NCBI GenBank assembly: GCA_002269645.1
Contig: NIVC01001817.1
Location: 124,001 to 188,000, forward strand
Reading direction: 5' to 3'
Source of the DNA: Macrostomum lignano
Lineage: Eukaryota
Length of the DNA: 64,000 nucleotides
A program made the translations under genes and the position numbers. Shown here piece by piece: positions 63,022 through 64,000 of the stretch. The notes under the pieces were generated by a model that had not been told where the DNA came from, did not search any database, and saw only the letters and a program-made list of their open reading frames with translations. Every line of letters starts with the position of its first letter. The first letter of the stretch is position 1.

Positions 63022-63087
63022 CTCTGTCTGTCTTTCTATCTATCTATCCGTCAATCAATCTATATATATATATATATATCCATCTAA

Positions 63088-63121
<34 letters not shown>

Positions 63122-63284
63122 GTCTGTCTTTCTATCTATTTATCTGTCAATCAATCAATCAATCAATCTATCTATCTATCTTTATAATCTATCTGTCTAT
63201 CTATCTATATGTGCTCACAGGTTTTCCGAGTTCTATTAATTTGAGAAAGTGCTCAAATTATCTGCAGGCCATCCCTCACCAGAG
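62214..63284 (+). CDS. Possible coding exons (62214..62358, 63221..63284) of an unidentified gene
   Basis: ATG-initiated non-repetitive ORF; strong donor GTAAGT at 62359 and acceptor CACAG ending at 63220 join in phase; downstream continuation unresolved. Confidence 0.3.
62370..63210. repeat. (TCTA)n/(TCTG)n/(TCAA)n compound microsatellite
   Basis: Read directly from the sequence. Confidence 0.97.
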
Positions 63285-64000
63285 GTCAGCGCTCCGATGT
63301 AGCTCTTCATTTTTATTAATGTTGTTAAAATAATTATCAAAAATTAAATTTATACAGGTAATCCGATCTGCCTGGTCCTGCTACCTCTGCTGATAGTTGG
63401 CATCTTTCTATCTGTGACAGTTGATATATTCCTAATGTGCCTCAGCGCACCTCCACAGCAGCAGCTGCCTACCAGTTGTCATAATAGTCATCAGGCATCT
63501 AATGACAATGCATGCCAGACAGATAAAGCTGATTGAATTTGTGCAGTAATACACAGAAGTCAATCTGGCTTGATCTAGTCTTCGTCTAAGTACTTTTTTA
63601 ATTTTATAGAAAGCGTATATATAAAAATTTTTTTCCACATTTTACAAATATACATCCTATCTCATTCGCAATGTTTTTTTGCATTCCGTATTTTGTGCGA
63701 CTCAACTTTTCTTGTGTATTTTATACTTTGTAATTTTTCAATGCTTAAAATCTGTTCTGTGGAAATGCGTTTTAAATTGTAGATCATAATATATGTAGAA
63801 ACAAAAAATTTTATTTCAGTAAAATACATTGTCAAAAAGCAAGCACATTATAAGCTTTTTAACTCAGTATTTTGACTAAGTTTGTGTTATTATTTTGTTT
63901 TTGAACACCCTGACTTCTAAATTAGCAGATTATCTTGATTGCTACTACTATGCCTATGATAGCTGCGGGAGAGACACTCCCTGAGTCATAGACACCCATT

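Noticed and set aside
10609-63210. Long periodic ORFs (e.g. 10609-11737, 24422-25369, 29267-29989, 47787-48083, 54099-54669, 59211-59823, 62350-62826)
   Set aside because: They are translations of tandem repeats, open in several frames and strands, and mostly lie in introns.

Overview
Eukaryotic (animal) genomic DNA with spliced genes whose introns are packed with minisatellites. This architecture resembles Macrostomum-type flatworms, which is an inference only. Genes reconstructed by hand from splice sites and reading phase: the 3' end of an ALK/LTK-type glycine-rich-domain gene (1-1760,+), PIG-T (5818-15620,+), a secreted LamG-like gene frameshifted by an 8-bp duplication (20163-20977,-), ZDHHC12 (25385-27805,-), ODR4 (31328-37240,-), a GLUT/SLC2A-family transporter with a probable GC-AG first intron (48989-59143,+), and uncertain exons at about 62.2-63.4 kb. 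Mobile DNA includes three decayed copies of an RNase H-bearing LINE, a piggyBac remnant and several MITE/foldback elements. The most unusual signal is six 62-63 nt copies of the 28S rRNA segment that contains the R2/I-PpoI target site. They keep both arms and a fixed length but have a rewritten centre. Three lie in tandem just after the PIG-T stop codon, two form an inverted pair, and one lies upstream of the GLUT gene. All coordinates and counts were done by eye; repeat boundaries are approximate.
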